Notes: a model not told the origin generated them from the sequence alone. DNA of 64,000 nucleotides from Felis catus (GCF_018350175.1 NC_058368.1:137022001-137086000), one strand, 5' to 3'; positions 38,576-51,262 are shown, counted from the stretch's first letter. Numbers and translations: made by a program.

Positions 38576-39759
38576 CTGAAAAAAAATAAGGAAACAGAAG
38601 ATAGACATCTCATTTTCTCTTAAACAAAATGTTGGAAGGGGCAAAAAAAAAAAAAAAATCTTTGAAAAAAGGAATTCCTCAAATATGCTCTCTGCCCTAA
38701 GAGCTTTAAAGAGATGAAAAGCCTTACTGGCCTGTCCTGTCCAAACAAATGGTGTTCCAGAAAGGCAGGCTCTCCTGAGCTTGCAGCCTCTGGTATCTTG
38801 TTTGCAGAACTGACACGGCCAAAAGGGAACAAATCATGTCATGTTGCCTCTGAGCAAGGGAACGTTTGGTCTGTTGTGCTAACTGAGGCAATCCTCCAGC
38901 CTGTGAGGCTGGGCAGGGTGACGGTCAGCCAGGATGTTTGGCTCTTCCTGGGCTCTTTGAAACACCAGTGTTGCTGCAATTTTTGAGCATGATTCTAGAG
39001 CCTTAGAGTTCTTCCAGGAACGAACAGCCGATTTATGCACTGGTCACCGAACTTTATGCAGTGGGCCAAGTGAAAGCTTCCATCTTTGCTGATGTTTTCA
39101 AAAAGAAAAAAAAAAAGCAACTTGCCACACTCCTGTTGGACATAACTATCTCGTGTGGGATTTAGTCATCTCTGGAAAAACTGAAAGGCAATTTCTGTTT
39201 TCAAAATACTGTGAAGCAGCCTAGTCTTAGAGAAGTCAGCCACAGTTTTTGAAAAGCGACGGGGAGGCTGACTAGAAGGAGAGAAAACATGGAATGTTCT
39301 TTAACAAGTTTTAACGGTGCTTGGCAGTCCAACGGGTGGCATGAGCTCTGTTTAGAGTAGTTGCGCTCTGATTGTGCCGTGTGTCTTGTGCCCTCCATTC
39401 ATCTGGTTAAGACCATTTTCACCACAAACAGGAACCAGCAGTTATGTGGACCTTTGTGGCAGCAGAAGAAAAACCAACTTTAAGGTACTTCCTTCTTTCA
39501 CTCAATTGTGAAAAAAAAAGTGGGGTGGAGAGTCATACCTGATCCCAAGGAGCAATTAAAGTGAATTCAGGGAAAGAGAGATTCTGATCCAGTCTGTTTG
39601 AAAGGCATTTATTGGGGTCTGTGGTCAATAAGGTTACTCTTTTATCCCCACAGTTTCCTTCCCCGTCTATCATCTCTCTGTGTGTTTATCTATGTATCTA
39701 TCTATCTTTCTATCTGTCTGTATTTCTCTATCTGTCTGAATATGTGTGTGTATATCAAA

Positions 39760-41032
39760 GAGGACATAGAGAGACTGCTACTCAGTAGGTTGGTAAAAGC
39801 CGGAATGGAGTTGTTCCTTGCGTTCCCCGTGGCACCACTTCTGGCACAACTTAAGGATTTCTGGCACGGGTTCCCCCAGCCCCACGTACAGATGAGAAGA
39901 CTCACGCCCAGAGAGGCGTCCGTTGTACCACTCGCCCAAGGCCACACACATCAGTGGCAAAAGCCAACAGGCCCATCTGTCTCCTGAGTCAGCTCTAGTG
40001 CCCTTTGCCCCCTGCTGGCCTTCCTCTGTACCCTGCCTTTGTAGAAATGGGAAGGAAGCTCACAATGAAAATCTAGGAGAACAAAAGAAGAGCGCGAGGG
40101 AATGGAGTAGCTCTCCTGGGTGCAAACCTGTGAGTGATGGTGAGGCCGAGGGAGCCCTCTGCTGAGATGGTCGGTAGAAAGTGGAAGTAGGTGGGAGTGA
40201 GGTGAGGGTGAGTGAGAAGTAGGGAGAGGCTGGGCTGGGTGTCTGTGGCATCAGTCAGCAGAGGGAGTGAGGGGCCGTGAAGGAACAAGGACGCTCAGGT
40301 TACAGAATTCTTGCAGGAAGGAGCAAGTGTCTGATCACCCGAAGACTGGAATCGAAGAATCGTGAGAGCTACAGGCACCCTTTGCGTATTGTTGTTCCTC
40401 CTGCAGCCTCAGGCGAGGCCAGGGCTGAGCCCCAGGAGCCCAGTCAGAGTCCAGAGGATTTCCCTTTCCAGTGCACAGAATGTGGGAACTGTCACGTTGA
40501 GGCCTGTTGTTTGCTCCAAGCCGGCTGACCCGCCCAAAGACAGGCCGGACTGGACGGGGGCCCGTGCCATCCACACCGCTGCGCAGCTTTGATGTGACGG
40601 GGCGGCATCCAGTCGGGGTCTGGCGACGTCACCTCTGGACAGACTGGAAGGCGATTTCTAACGTTTTCAAGACACCGGGAAGCGGCTCACGCCTTTGTAA
40701 TACATCGGCCACAGTTTTCGAAAGAGAATTCTCAGCCCTGCCTGCGGCACGCCGTTCCATTCGTGTACCTCGTCGTAACCCTGCCTGTGAGCCTCCTAGG
40801 AAAGACGTCCCCCTCCTTCCCTGCTCTGCCCAGCCCGCAGAAAGTCACCCTGTGGCCCTTGTAAAATCACCCACCGGGCGTCTAGAAGCTGAAATTCCTG
40901 AGCGCCTCCCACTAGGTTTCACAGGAGAGATTTCTAATCAGGTCACTCAAGCTGGTGAAGCTGACTGCCCCGCTGTCTCACGGCTCCTTCGGATTTTGAC
41001 TAAAAGTGAAGGGAGTGGATGTTTGTACTAGA
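39760..41032 (+). repeat. Direct duplication core, copy A (CpG-rich; MIR at about 39880-40010)
   Basis: Matches 58565-59837 at a constant offset of 18805; about 15 substitutions and no indels by manual comparison. Confidence 0.98.
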
Positions 41033-41397
41033 AACGACTGAGGAAACACATGTGCAGAAATGGAATATGGTCTGGTCACTCACCTCTCAGGTAAGCCCCA
41101 TGTTGCTCTGGATATCATAGAGATCATTTGAGTACAAAGAGGACTGTAAGAGCCTGTGACTGGATCGGAGGACAAGGAAAAAAACAAAGATATGAAATTT
41201 GGTGAGGCCGAAGCAGTGACTCAGAAGTCAGAACCGGCAGTACAGAAATGTGAGGTCTCCTCAAAATGGCTTCCCACTTCTGAAGCATCCTATTTGGTAC
41301 TTCTCCAGCTTCTGATTATCCCAAACTCCAGGGCTATCTGTTCACCGCAGGACTAACTTAACCCCAATCACAGAGGGTGAGGAAATGAAGGGTGGAC

Positions 41398-41815
41398 TGA
41401 AATATAACATAGGGTCAGGACAGCACACCAAAAATAAGTGTACGTGTCAGTGAACTTCCAAAATGAACATACCTGAGTGACAGAAACAGAAGACCTGCCC
41501 CCACCCCATGGCACTCCAGCCACTACCTCCTCTCAGGGGTCACGTGGCTCTGACATATCACACCTGATGCAGATGTGAATTACTGGGTTTTGAATTTACA
41601 TAACAGATGATACCATATTGTGTTTTTTGTTTTGGGTTTCTTTGCCTCAGTATTCCTGAGATTCAGTCCTATTGTAGAGTGTAGGTATGTTTCATTCTCT
41701 TTCTAGAGAGTATTTCACTCTGTGACAGTACCACAATTTATATATCCACTCTACTGAAGATGGATGTGTGGGTTGTTTCTAGTTGGGCACCATTACAAAT
41801 GGGCTGCCAGGACTT
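41398..41815 (-). mobile_element. Old L1ME-like 3' fragment
   Basis: ttttgaatttacataa...ttcctgagattca...ccacaatttatatatccactctactg. Confidence 0.65.
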
Positions 41816-42267
41816 CCTGTCCCTGCCAGATGTCTTTTAAAAAGTCTGATATAAGAATCACCTCTCTCCAGGATGATTATCCACCAGTGATTCACAACCT
41901 TTTTGCTTGGGTTATTTGTTTGTTTGGCATTTGCTTCCTCTCCCATGGGATGCATGGCATAGATTTTTTTTTTAACTCAAATAGATTCAGTTTGAGGATG
42001 TGATACCATTGGAGACACTGGCAGCATTCCTGAACAGCTTTGGAAGGACTTGGGAGCCACAGAGCTGACTTCCTCCTGGAGCCTGGAGATGCTACTCTGA
42101 GTCAGACTCCATCGACTTCCCCTCTCCCATCGACGTTCTGTGGAAAGTGGATTTGTTCTCCCCACTCTGAGCTTGTCCTGGACATGCTAAATTTCACCCT
42201 ATTAATGTGCAGAAGACAGGGCCGAGTCCTGGGCCTAAATTGCATTCTTCTGTCTCTCTCTCTCTCT

Positions 42268-42474
42268 CTTTTTTTTTTTTTTCAGTTTATTTATTTATTT
42301 TGAGAGAGAAAGAACATGTGGTGGGGAGGACCAGAGAGAGGGAGAGAGAGAATCCCAAGCAGGCTGTACACTGTCAGCGCAGAGCCCAATGCAGGGCTTG
42401 AACCCACATTCCCATGAGATCATGACCTGAGCAGAGATCGAGAGTCAGACCAACTGAGCCATCCAGGCACCCCC
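42268..42474 (-). mobile_element. Can-SINE
   Basis: Standard body; imperfect TSD cctaaattgc/cctgaaattgc. Confidence 0.9.
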
Positions 42475-43099
42475 TGAAATTGCTTTCAAACTTCCTTGGT
42501 TCCTTTGATTTATTCCCTTTGTCTTCGCCAAGTCCCATATCCTCCAAGTCTCAACTCTCAAAATGTGAGAATATTCATTTCTTCCTTTTTAGTTTTTTCT
42601 TAGCATGCAAAAATAATAACAAAATATTTACTTAAACAAGTTATTAAACACAGTCTTTTTATGCTTCTATTTTCCTCAATTTGACAAGAGGATATAATAA
42701 CATTATTCCTAGTTTTCATAGTTTTAGGGGTAAAGAAGAATAGCTCAGGTCTTTCACATATTTACCATGTACCAGGCACCCTTTTAAACCTACTACATGT
42801 CATAACTTAATGGTGCTATTATTGTCCTTTCCCTCTTCTTTTTTTTATAGATGAGGAAAACTGAGACATGGAGAAGTCTACTCCCCCAATATCACATAAT
42901 TAGTAAGATTTCAAACCCAGGGAATTCTGGCCTAGAATCCTTATTCTTTTTACCACAAAGCTGATTTGCCCTGCCCTCTAAACAAACACTCCCTGGCACA
43001 TAGTAACAACTCAATGAATGGTCCTTCAAATTGGAGAATAACATGTTTTATAACATAAAAGGTAACAATGCAGGGCACAGAACCTCCTTCTCAAGTCAT

Positions 43100-43760
43100 T
43101 TTGTGAGCATGTCTTATGAACCAGTAAGCTCCGTGCGAGGTGTGGTTAATGTGCTTCTTGATATTGCTGCCTGATAGAGGAGAGACATATCAAACAAATT
43201 GAACCAATGGCACCTGAATATGTAAATACAGTTGTAGTCAGTTCTGTGAAGAGGAAATACAGGAGTTAGGAGAGCTTAAAATCAGGTACTAAATCTGGAC
43301 AAAAGGTCAAGGAAGGTCCTCCTAAGAAAATGACAAAAAAATATTTTAAAAAAATTGAGACATGAAGATTGAGCAGGCATGTGCCAGGCAAAGATGGGGA
43401 GATGGCAGCTTATGCAAAGAGAAGCCTAGTAGGTCTGATTCTGAACTTGATGCTAAGATGGGTGGGAAATCATTGAAGATTTTACACAGAGGAAGGACAT
43501 ACTCAGATTTGGATTCAGAAATCCTAGTTTGATCACAGTGCAAAGAATGGATTTTAGAGGGGCAAGAGTAAAAGCAGATGAACACTTGTAAAGTCTAGTC
43601 TAAACCTGATCATGCCATTAAGAGTTTATCAGGAGATGCAGTGGACATCTTAATGCCTAGAGAGGTCATGGGATGATAACATTTGAGAGTTATCCTGATA
43701 CATTGTGTGAAAAGAATGTGTTGGAAAATGAATATTGATAGTGCCTGGCATAAAAACAGC
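43100..43760 (-). mobile_element. L2 fragment
   Basis: ggtcaaggaaggtcctcctaagaaaatgaca...gggaaatcattgaagattttacacagagg...actcagattt. Confidence 0.6.
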
Positions 43761-43932
43761 TGACTCATGAAAGATACATACCTTTGAATGGCAGCACCTT
43801 CTACCATGTCCCCACTCCTCATCCTCAATATCTAGAGCCTCCGAGGCTGACTACTTACCTGCCCTGCTCCACTGCAGCCTCCTGGTCTGCTTGTCTTGCT
43901 GTCACTGTCCTAAGGTGTATCCATGTGCCTGA

Positions 43933-44097
43933 TTTTTTTTTTTTAATTTGAGAGAGAGACAGACAGACAGAGCATCCTAAGCACGCTTCATGTTCAGGGT
44001 GAAGTCCGACACGGGGCTCGATCCCATGACCCTGGGATCATGACCTCAGCCAAAATAAAGAATCGGAAGCTCAACCCACTGAGCCACCCAGGCACCC
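43933..44097 (-). mobile_element. Can-SINE
   Basis: ggggctcgatcccatgaccctgggatcatgacc...gagccacccaggcaccc. Confidence 0.9.
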
Positions 44098-44481
44098 ACC
44101 CCATGCCTAAATTTCTTAACATTTACCCAACAGAGTTCCTCTTCCTCTAGGATATAACCAGTGCTGTCATTGAAAACCAGTGGCATCCTCAGACCTGGCC
44201 CAAGAGTGGTCAGTTTGAGGGATGGAGTGCAATTCCGTGTTTGAACTACTACAGTTGGGGGAAATGTGCTCTAGATATTCCACGTTGGAATCCAGGCTGG
44301 AATTTTCTAAGGAAAGTCTGTTGTATGTGGTAGATTCATAGCATTGTGGTTCAATTCCAGCATATTATGGGTCTTAAGAACTGGCCTGTGGAATTAATCA
44401 CCAAGGAACATGTGCTTTATACGGGAACATGCATTCTGAGCTCTGAATATCTGATACAAGCAAATGGGCATTTTTAAAAAC

Positions 44482-44679
44482 ATTTTATTTAATTTTAGAG
44501 AGAGAGAGAGCATGCATGTGTGCAGGGGAAAGGAAGAAAGAAAGAGAGAGAGAATCTTAAGCAGGCATCCATGCTCAGCACAGAGCCCATCGTGGAGCTT
44601 GATCCCACGACCCTGGGGTCATGACCTGAGCCAAAATAAAGAGTTGGACACTTAACCAACTCAGCCACCCAAGGGCCCC
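44482..44679 (-). mobile_element. Can-SINE
   Basis: Standard body ending cagccacccaagggcccc. Confidence 0.9.
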
Positions 44680-45804
44680 AAGTGGGTATTGTTAATTTAC
44701 ATAATGGCAATCATTGTGTTAAGAAAAACAAACAAACAAACACCTGCAGATTCATTATCTTGCTAGAGGTGGGCAAGCATTCTCCTCCAGTATTCATTTC
44801 TACAATCCAGTAGAGCTCATTTTTTGGTCTTCCTCCAAAGTGGTCACAAAGACCTTTTTCTCCACTTAATAAGCTCTCTCCAAACATCCTAAGATTGTAT
44901 ATTGCTGTGGCATGCAAGAGACAAGAAATAACTTTACATTTATAAATTAAATATGATGAGAGTGCCCTCTCCTTGATAATGCTGGCTAGCAATTCTGTAT
45001 CATCACTTTTCATGGCTCTCAGGCCCCACCTTAGACTGTAACTTTAACAGTCATAGGAACAGCACTGAGACTTGATGTATGTTGGCTGGTTCATGGTCCC
45101 CTCAGCGGTGGCTGATTCCACTCATGGCTCTAGGCCCTCCGTGCCAAGTTCTGTACAGAAATGTCCACCAAATCTTCCAAGACCATATTAACTAAACCTC
45201 AGATCTTGGGTGACCCTCGTCATCTCTATAGCCCTACATGGGTGAGATCCAAGGTTGCTGCTACTCTAAGAAAACCTGCAACCTGTCTCATTTCCTGATC
45301 TTCTGGGATCCAGCTCACACAGTGTGGTCAGGCTTTTCTCTTCCTCAACCCCATTGCTACAGCTTTCAGCCTCCTTGGACGTAGATCATCGGTAAACCCA
45401 AATACTAAATTAACCAAGCAGGTAACATAGATCAGTGCCCCATGCGTAATACAAGAGGGTATAGTGGGGAGCATGGCAAATCAAAGACTCTGTGTCCCAT
45501 CTAAGGTAGTTTGTGACCATGTGAGAACATAGGCCTAATGTAACTGGATTATCAAAAAAATAATAATAATCATAAAAAATAAGAAATCTGAATTTTGATG
45601 TAGAATCTCTGGATTTTAAGATTTTAAAATTGAAAACATTGCTTTTAAAAGATATTAAGGAGTTATTAATTCAGGGGGATTGATAATGGTATGGTGGTTT
45701 TGCTTTTAAAATATATATAAAATCACATAAAATGTGATTTAAGATTCTACAAGAAAAATTAAATTTTATATGCAAAAGGAACCTAAATTTGATGGTTTTA
45801 AATG

Positions 45805-46318
45805 ATGTCAGTTAAAGTATATAAAGCCTTTGATATTCCTCTCTTTAAGAGAAGATGGGAACTAATTTTTCCCTCCTTTGAGATCTAATCACTTAGTCTT
45901 AGTGATTTGTTTCTAAAAATGGAATAAGGCAGATGTGCTGGGGAGGGAGGGACAGGAGAGACCGGTCATAAGAGGCTCTGAGCTCTCCTCACTCTCTCTC
46001 AGATTGCTTCCTATGAGGGAAGCAGTCCAACTGCCATATCATTAGGATGCTTAAGTAACCTTTGGAAAGAGCCACATGAAGAGAAACTGAGGCCTCCTCT
46101 AATAGCCCTGTGAGAGTACCATTTTGGCAATGGACCATCCAGTCCAGTCAAGCCTTCAGATGCCACATTCCAAAGGCAGTCTCATGAGAGCTCCTGAGCT
46201 AAATCACCCAGCTAAACTCTTCATGAATGCCTGACCCATAGAATGCATGAGGTAATAAATGTTTTTAAGCCCCTAGGTTTGGGGGAAATTTGTTACACCC
46301 TGAAAGATAATTAATACA
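45805..46318 (+). mobile_element. MLT1F-like MaLR solo LTR
   Basis: gagaaactgaggcctcct...ccagtcaagccttcagatg...cacccagctaa...aataaatg...gataattaataca. Confidence 0.85.
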
Positions 46319-46879
46319 TTAGCACCAGAGAGACTGCTAGTTTACTTTTGACCTGAAATTTCCAAAGCAAAAATCCCAGGTGAAAATAGCTACTGGTGGG
46401 AATTGCAGTTTGACTCTGAAACTCCACAAAGCTATTAACTGCTCCAACCGCTTCCACCCCACCACCAAACAAAGGGGATCAGTTTTTAAAGTATTCACAT
46501 ACTTACTGCATTCTTCCTGGGATACCTGAGCAGAGAATGTACTAGTGACCCCTGCTATGGGTATAACAGACTATGAGAGTTCAGCTAACCATCTGTATCA
46601 TTTATTTGTTTGTGTATTTCTCTCCTACATTTGTCAGTGAGTGGGGCAAGTTTTCTTTTTAGGTGTCTTTTTTTGATAGGTTTCAAATTGCCAGGGGTTG
46701 GAAGATGAGCAACTAATTTGTTGTGTGTAGTGGCAAAATCTGCACTTAGTGTTGTGAGTGCTTGGTGAATATCAGTTAATGCTTCGAAAGCTAGATGTGG
46801 GAAATCCTTTATTTTTTAAAAGGAGAAACGAACTAACAGAACCATTTTATCAAAAACATAATCTTCCTTAGAAACTAGT

Positions 46880-47025
46880 ACAGATGACAGATTATTAAGT
46901 TCATGGGAACCCAGACTTTGCTGATTCATTGTTGTATCTCTAGTGTCTAGAAGTTACCTGGCATGTGGAAATTGCTCAATAGACATTTGTTGAATGAATG
47001 AATGAATGAATGAATGAATGAATGA
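46880..47025 (+). mobile_element. L2 3' end with (TGAA)n tail
   Basis: ttcattgttgtatctctagtgtctagaa...tgttgaatgaatgaatg. Confidence 0.8.
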
Positions 47026-47384
47026 GACCAAAGAGAAGAAGGTCCATTAGAGGGGAGAGTAGTATACCATCCATTAGGCATTCTTCTTAGCTCTTCCTTC
47101 CCCCATCTCCTCTCAAATGCCATCATTGCTCAGGCATCTTTGAGGAAGCCAAGACTCCATGAGAAACATGGTTTTAAATGCAAGGACCAGGAAGAACCCC
47201 CTGGGACTAAACATGAGGAGACCTGGCTCCCCATCTTTCCACTTACTGGCCACAAGGCCTGGCAGTAGGCTTCACCTCTCTTCTTTGGTCCTGATTTCTT
47301 CTTCTCTCAAATGATAGAAGCTTCTAGCCTTCATTCCAGAGGTGTCATGAGTTTTTCCAGGCTTCCCCTTCTTTTAACACTCAC

Positions 47385-47528
47385 CCTGAAGGAGGCAAGA
47401 CACCACTTGTGAAGTGCTTTGAAGCTGACAAACCGGAGGCCTCAGGGTGATGTGACCAGAGGCGCACAGCTTGGCAGATGACCTGATACGCCTGATGTTC
47501 AAAGCAGCTGTCAGTGAATAGAAGGCAG
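47385..47528 (-). other. Candidate exon
   Basis: Donor CAGG|GTGAGT; first AG (47529-47530) after a long minus-strand pyrimidine tract; alternative acceptor CTGACAG| giving a start at 47507. Confidence 0.3.
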
Positions 47529-48859
47529 CTTGCACAAAGGAGCCAGCCAAAAATAATGAGGGAGGTGAAAAGAAAAAAAAGAAAGAAAGAAAGGAAAAAC
47601 ACACAGGGCAGGGCTTGGGGTCACTTGTGTTTCCTCTGGTCTCACCTCCTCCCTGTCGTCCTCCACCCAGTCCTCAAACAACCCCCTTCTGCCTCCTCCA
47701 AAAGAAAAGTTAAAAGCTTTCTTTTGGAAAAAGGGTAGTTTGCTTAGACTGCTGCTGTTTACCTTTGGTAGGACAGCCATTGGTGGTGAGTTCAAACACA
47801 GGAAAAGGCCTCTGCTTACAGGAAGAGCTGCAGACAGGCCTGGAAGACTTGCCGCGATGCTGTGAGGTTGCACCTTTCCCATCGGTGTGCAGCTCTGGGA
47901 CCTGACGCTGGGCCCTTGCCTCCAGTCAGGCAGCCAACCTTCAGCCATTGCTTACCCTGCACTACTCCTCCCTTCCCTCAACATTATTGATCCTGAAGCA
48001 TAAAGATGGTGGAGGATGGCAGGTGGGTGGGCAGGGAAGGGAAAACAAAAAGAGGAAAAGAGGTTTACATCACAAACAAACTATAACCTTGTTTCCAGTC
48101 TAGCATGGAAAATATAATTAGAAGCAGCAAACTTTGGGTTTACATTTGGGAGTTTTATTTATTTGTTTTCAACCATTAAAATCTCCCTCCATGAACTAAA
48201 GAGGCCTCATCTGCCCAAACGAGGTGATAACCCCTCTCTGGAAAACTGACCTCTCTACAGCTGCTTAGAACTCTGTGATTTATTCATGAAAGGGAAGGGA
48301 AAGAATACTCTGCCCTCTTACTTTTCAAAGCACTTGCTCATGAGACCTAGCCACGCTGAGAAGGGTTAGACTACAGTGTGAGAGAAAGGAAGAAAATCAC
48401 ACTGAAGAAACAAATGCTGGCAAATAATCAAAATCTTCTGGGGCTTCCCCATTCCCCCCAAATTTCTTTCCTCTAATTCCACTTCGGAAATTCCCCTGGC
48501 TCCAAGAAGCACTAGACTTTCTGGTCAGGCCTTTCTCAAGTTTACCATGAGGATCTCACTTCTCTCTTTCCCTGATTTTCGAGTTATTTGTTTCTGGCTT
48601 CAGAGAGCCCATGGCATCCTGTTCCCCCCCCCCCAAACCAAAAGGGAAATAAAGGGCTGTTAATATCATCTCCAGGCACCCACCTCTACTTTGTTTGACA
48701 CTCATTGTTAGTGAGCTCCTGACACACCTGATGTACCATGTAGTGAAAAGCAGCAATTTCTCCTCCAGTGAAGAATTTTCTCCAGTACTTCAAGCTCACC
48801 AAACCTTGGTTGCAGTATTTTACTTGGTGTGGAATCAGTTTGTAAAAGTCCTTTGGTTC

Positions 48860-48915
48860 TTTCAAGACTTTTTCTCTTCAGATTTCATTTTCAGCAGTTT
48901 GACACTGATATCCCT

Positions 48916-48958
<43 letters not shown>

Positions 48959-49340
48959 CACACTTAAATCTATGCTGTGTGGGTTTGCTGCCCTTTCTAA
49001 ATCTGTAAATTTAAGTCCTTCTCCTAATTTGGAGATTTCCATCTATTCTTTTTTTAAATACTCTTTGCTTCCCCTTTTTAAACTCTCTTCTGCTTTGTTG
49101 ACTCCAATTGCACATATATTAGACCTTTTGATAATGTCCACAGGTCTCTGAAGATTTTCTCATTTTTTTTCAATCTCTCTTCTCTCTGTTCTTCATTTCT
49201 ACTATTTTTTGAACTACTTTAAAGTCCACTGATTTTTGTTCTGTTCTCTCTATTTTACTCTTAAGCCCAACCAGGAAATTCTTTTCAGTGTTGTAATTTT
49301 CAGTTCTAGAATTTTTATTTGGTTCTTTTTTAAAAAATCA
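48860..49340 (-). mobile_element. Old L1 fragment with (TG)n(CG)n at 48918-48960
   Basis: ttttcagcagtttgac...gactccaattgcacatatattagacctttt...ttttcagttctagaattt. Confidence 0.7.
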
Positions 49341-50627
49341 TTTTTTTAGAATGTCTTCCTGATCTTTTACCACACTTATCTGTGAAACAACTATATGAAG
49401 AATGGTGGGATACTTTTCTTAGTCCTGTTTTATATCTAGAGAAACCAAGGAATTGAGAGGCTAAACAAATGTGTCAAGATTTGAAAGGCAGCCACAAATA
49501 GAGCCAAGATATATAATATATAAAATGGTGGAGGAAGATGGAGAAAAGAAAGAAACAGGGAGATGAAGAAGTGTGGGAAAGAGACAGAGTTTACAATTTC
49601 AGATAGGATGTTTAGGGATGGTGTCAGTGAGAAGGTAAGTATAGAGAAAACATCTGAAGGAAGCAATGGAAGGGGTATAAGCTATTATTCAGTGGCAAGA
49701 GCAAGTGCCCACCATAGGATATGTTATGTATGTATGTCATGTATGATCGCTGGATCCTCCATTATATTTTTGCAAGTTGGTGGGAGCACAAGTTTATCAT
49801 TTTAAAGCCCAAGGGCCAGAAGTAGTCAGGACTTTAAAATGTCTTATGAACTATTTCACATCATACAAGATGGGGTTCTTTGAAGGGCTTTGATGAGTGC
49901 TACATAGTAATTTTGGTTCTATAGGATAACTTACATTCTTGGCACATGCAAAGCACTTTATAGGAACTGACAAACTGATAAACATAAAGTAGAAATAAGA
50001 GACTATGAAAAATTTGCTTTCTTCTGATGACTAGATAAATTCTATCTGCTACTCCCAGTAACTGATGACTGGGAAATTTCGAACAACCCTCCCACTAAAA
50101 AAAACCTAAAGAATTAGATGAAAATGAAAAACACCTTCTTAAAAGCATCAAAATGTCAACAAGGTAGTGAGGAGTTTAAAAGCCAAAATCTAGAAGAGGA
50201 CAGCCCAGAGAATAGGCTGATATTCAAATCTGACTTTGCCTGCTAGGCAGTTGCCAGTCCTAAAGAAACAACTGCAAAACTAAACCAAACTTCTGACAAA
50301 TTCCTAGGGTTGGAGGCAAAAGGAAAGACCGGCAACCTACCAGAGGTGGGGAGTCTAGTAAACTACCTTCTCTTCAAACTGAGCTCCCAAAGAGTTACAG
50401 CTTCAGGTAAGGTGAATCCTGAGTAAACCTCTCCCTGCAAACAATTTCCTTCTGCCTTTATGCCATTTGGGTTGTCTAGGAAGTCTCAAGCCTTGAGCTT
50501 AGTTTGAGTTGGATCTAGACTGATAGCACCTCAGGTGTCTGGCAAAGTAAAGTCCTTTTTGGAAGGAGATACTATTGTGTTGAACTTCAAATTATTCTTA
50601 CAAATAATTTTTAAAATACAGTGTCCA

Positions 50628-51262
50628 CTGATGGTGGGAATGCAAACTGCTGCAGCCGCTCTGGACAACAGTGTGGAGGTTCCTCAAAAAATTAAAAATA
50701 GAACTACCCTATGACCCAGCAATAGCACTGCTAGGAATTTACCCAGAGGATACAGGAGTGCTGATGCATAGGGGCACATGTACCCCAATGTTTATGGCAG
50801 TGCTTTCAGCAATAGCTAAATTATGGAAAAAGCCTAAATGTCCTTAACTGATAAATGGATAAAGAAGATGTGGTCTATATATACAATGGAATACTACTTG
50901 GCAATGAGAAAGAATGAAATCCTGCCATTTGCAGCAATGTGGGTGGAACTGGAAGGTATTATGCTGAGTGAAATAAGTCAGTCAGAGAAGGATAGATATC
51001 ATATGTTTTCACTTATATGTGGATCTTGAGAAACTTAACAGAAGACCATAGGGGAAGAGAAGGGGGAAAAATAGTTAAAGAGAGCGAGAGAGGCAAACCA
51101 TAAGAGATTCTTAAATACAGAGAACACACTGAGGGTGGGTGGGGGCGGAGAGAGGGGAAAATGGGTGATAGGCATTGAGGACAGCATTTATTGGGATGAT
51201 TACTGGGTGTTGTATGTAAGCCAATTTGACAATAAATTATATTCATTAAAAAATTAAAAAAA
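50628..51262 (+). mobile_element. 5'-truncated feline L1 (ORF2 C-terminus plus 3'UTR)
   Basis: Encodes ...KWIKKMWSIYTMEYYLAMRKNEILPFAAMWVELEGIMLSEISQSEK (L1 ORF2 C-terminus); 16-bp TSD taaaatacagtgtcca at 50612-50627 and 51263-51278. Confidence 0.97.

Noticed and set aside
40507..41031. 174-aa ORF present in both duplicated cores (also 59312-59836)
   Set aside because: Starts at TTG, has no recognisable domain, and the copy differences are largely amino-acid changing. GC-rich DNA has fewer stops, and its presence twice only reflects DNA identity.
50838..51029. ORF matching a real protein (L1 ORF2 C-terminus)
   Set aside because: Part of a 5'-truncated L1; non-autonomous and not a host gene.
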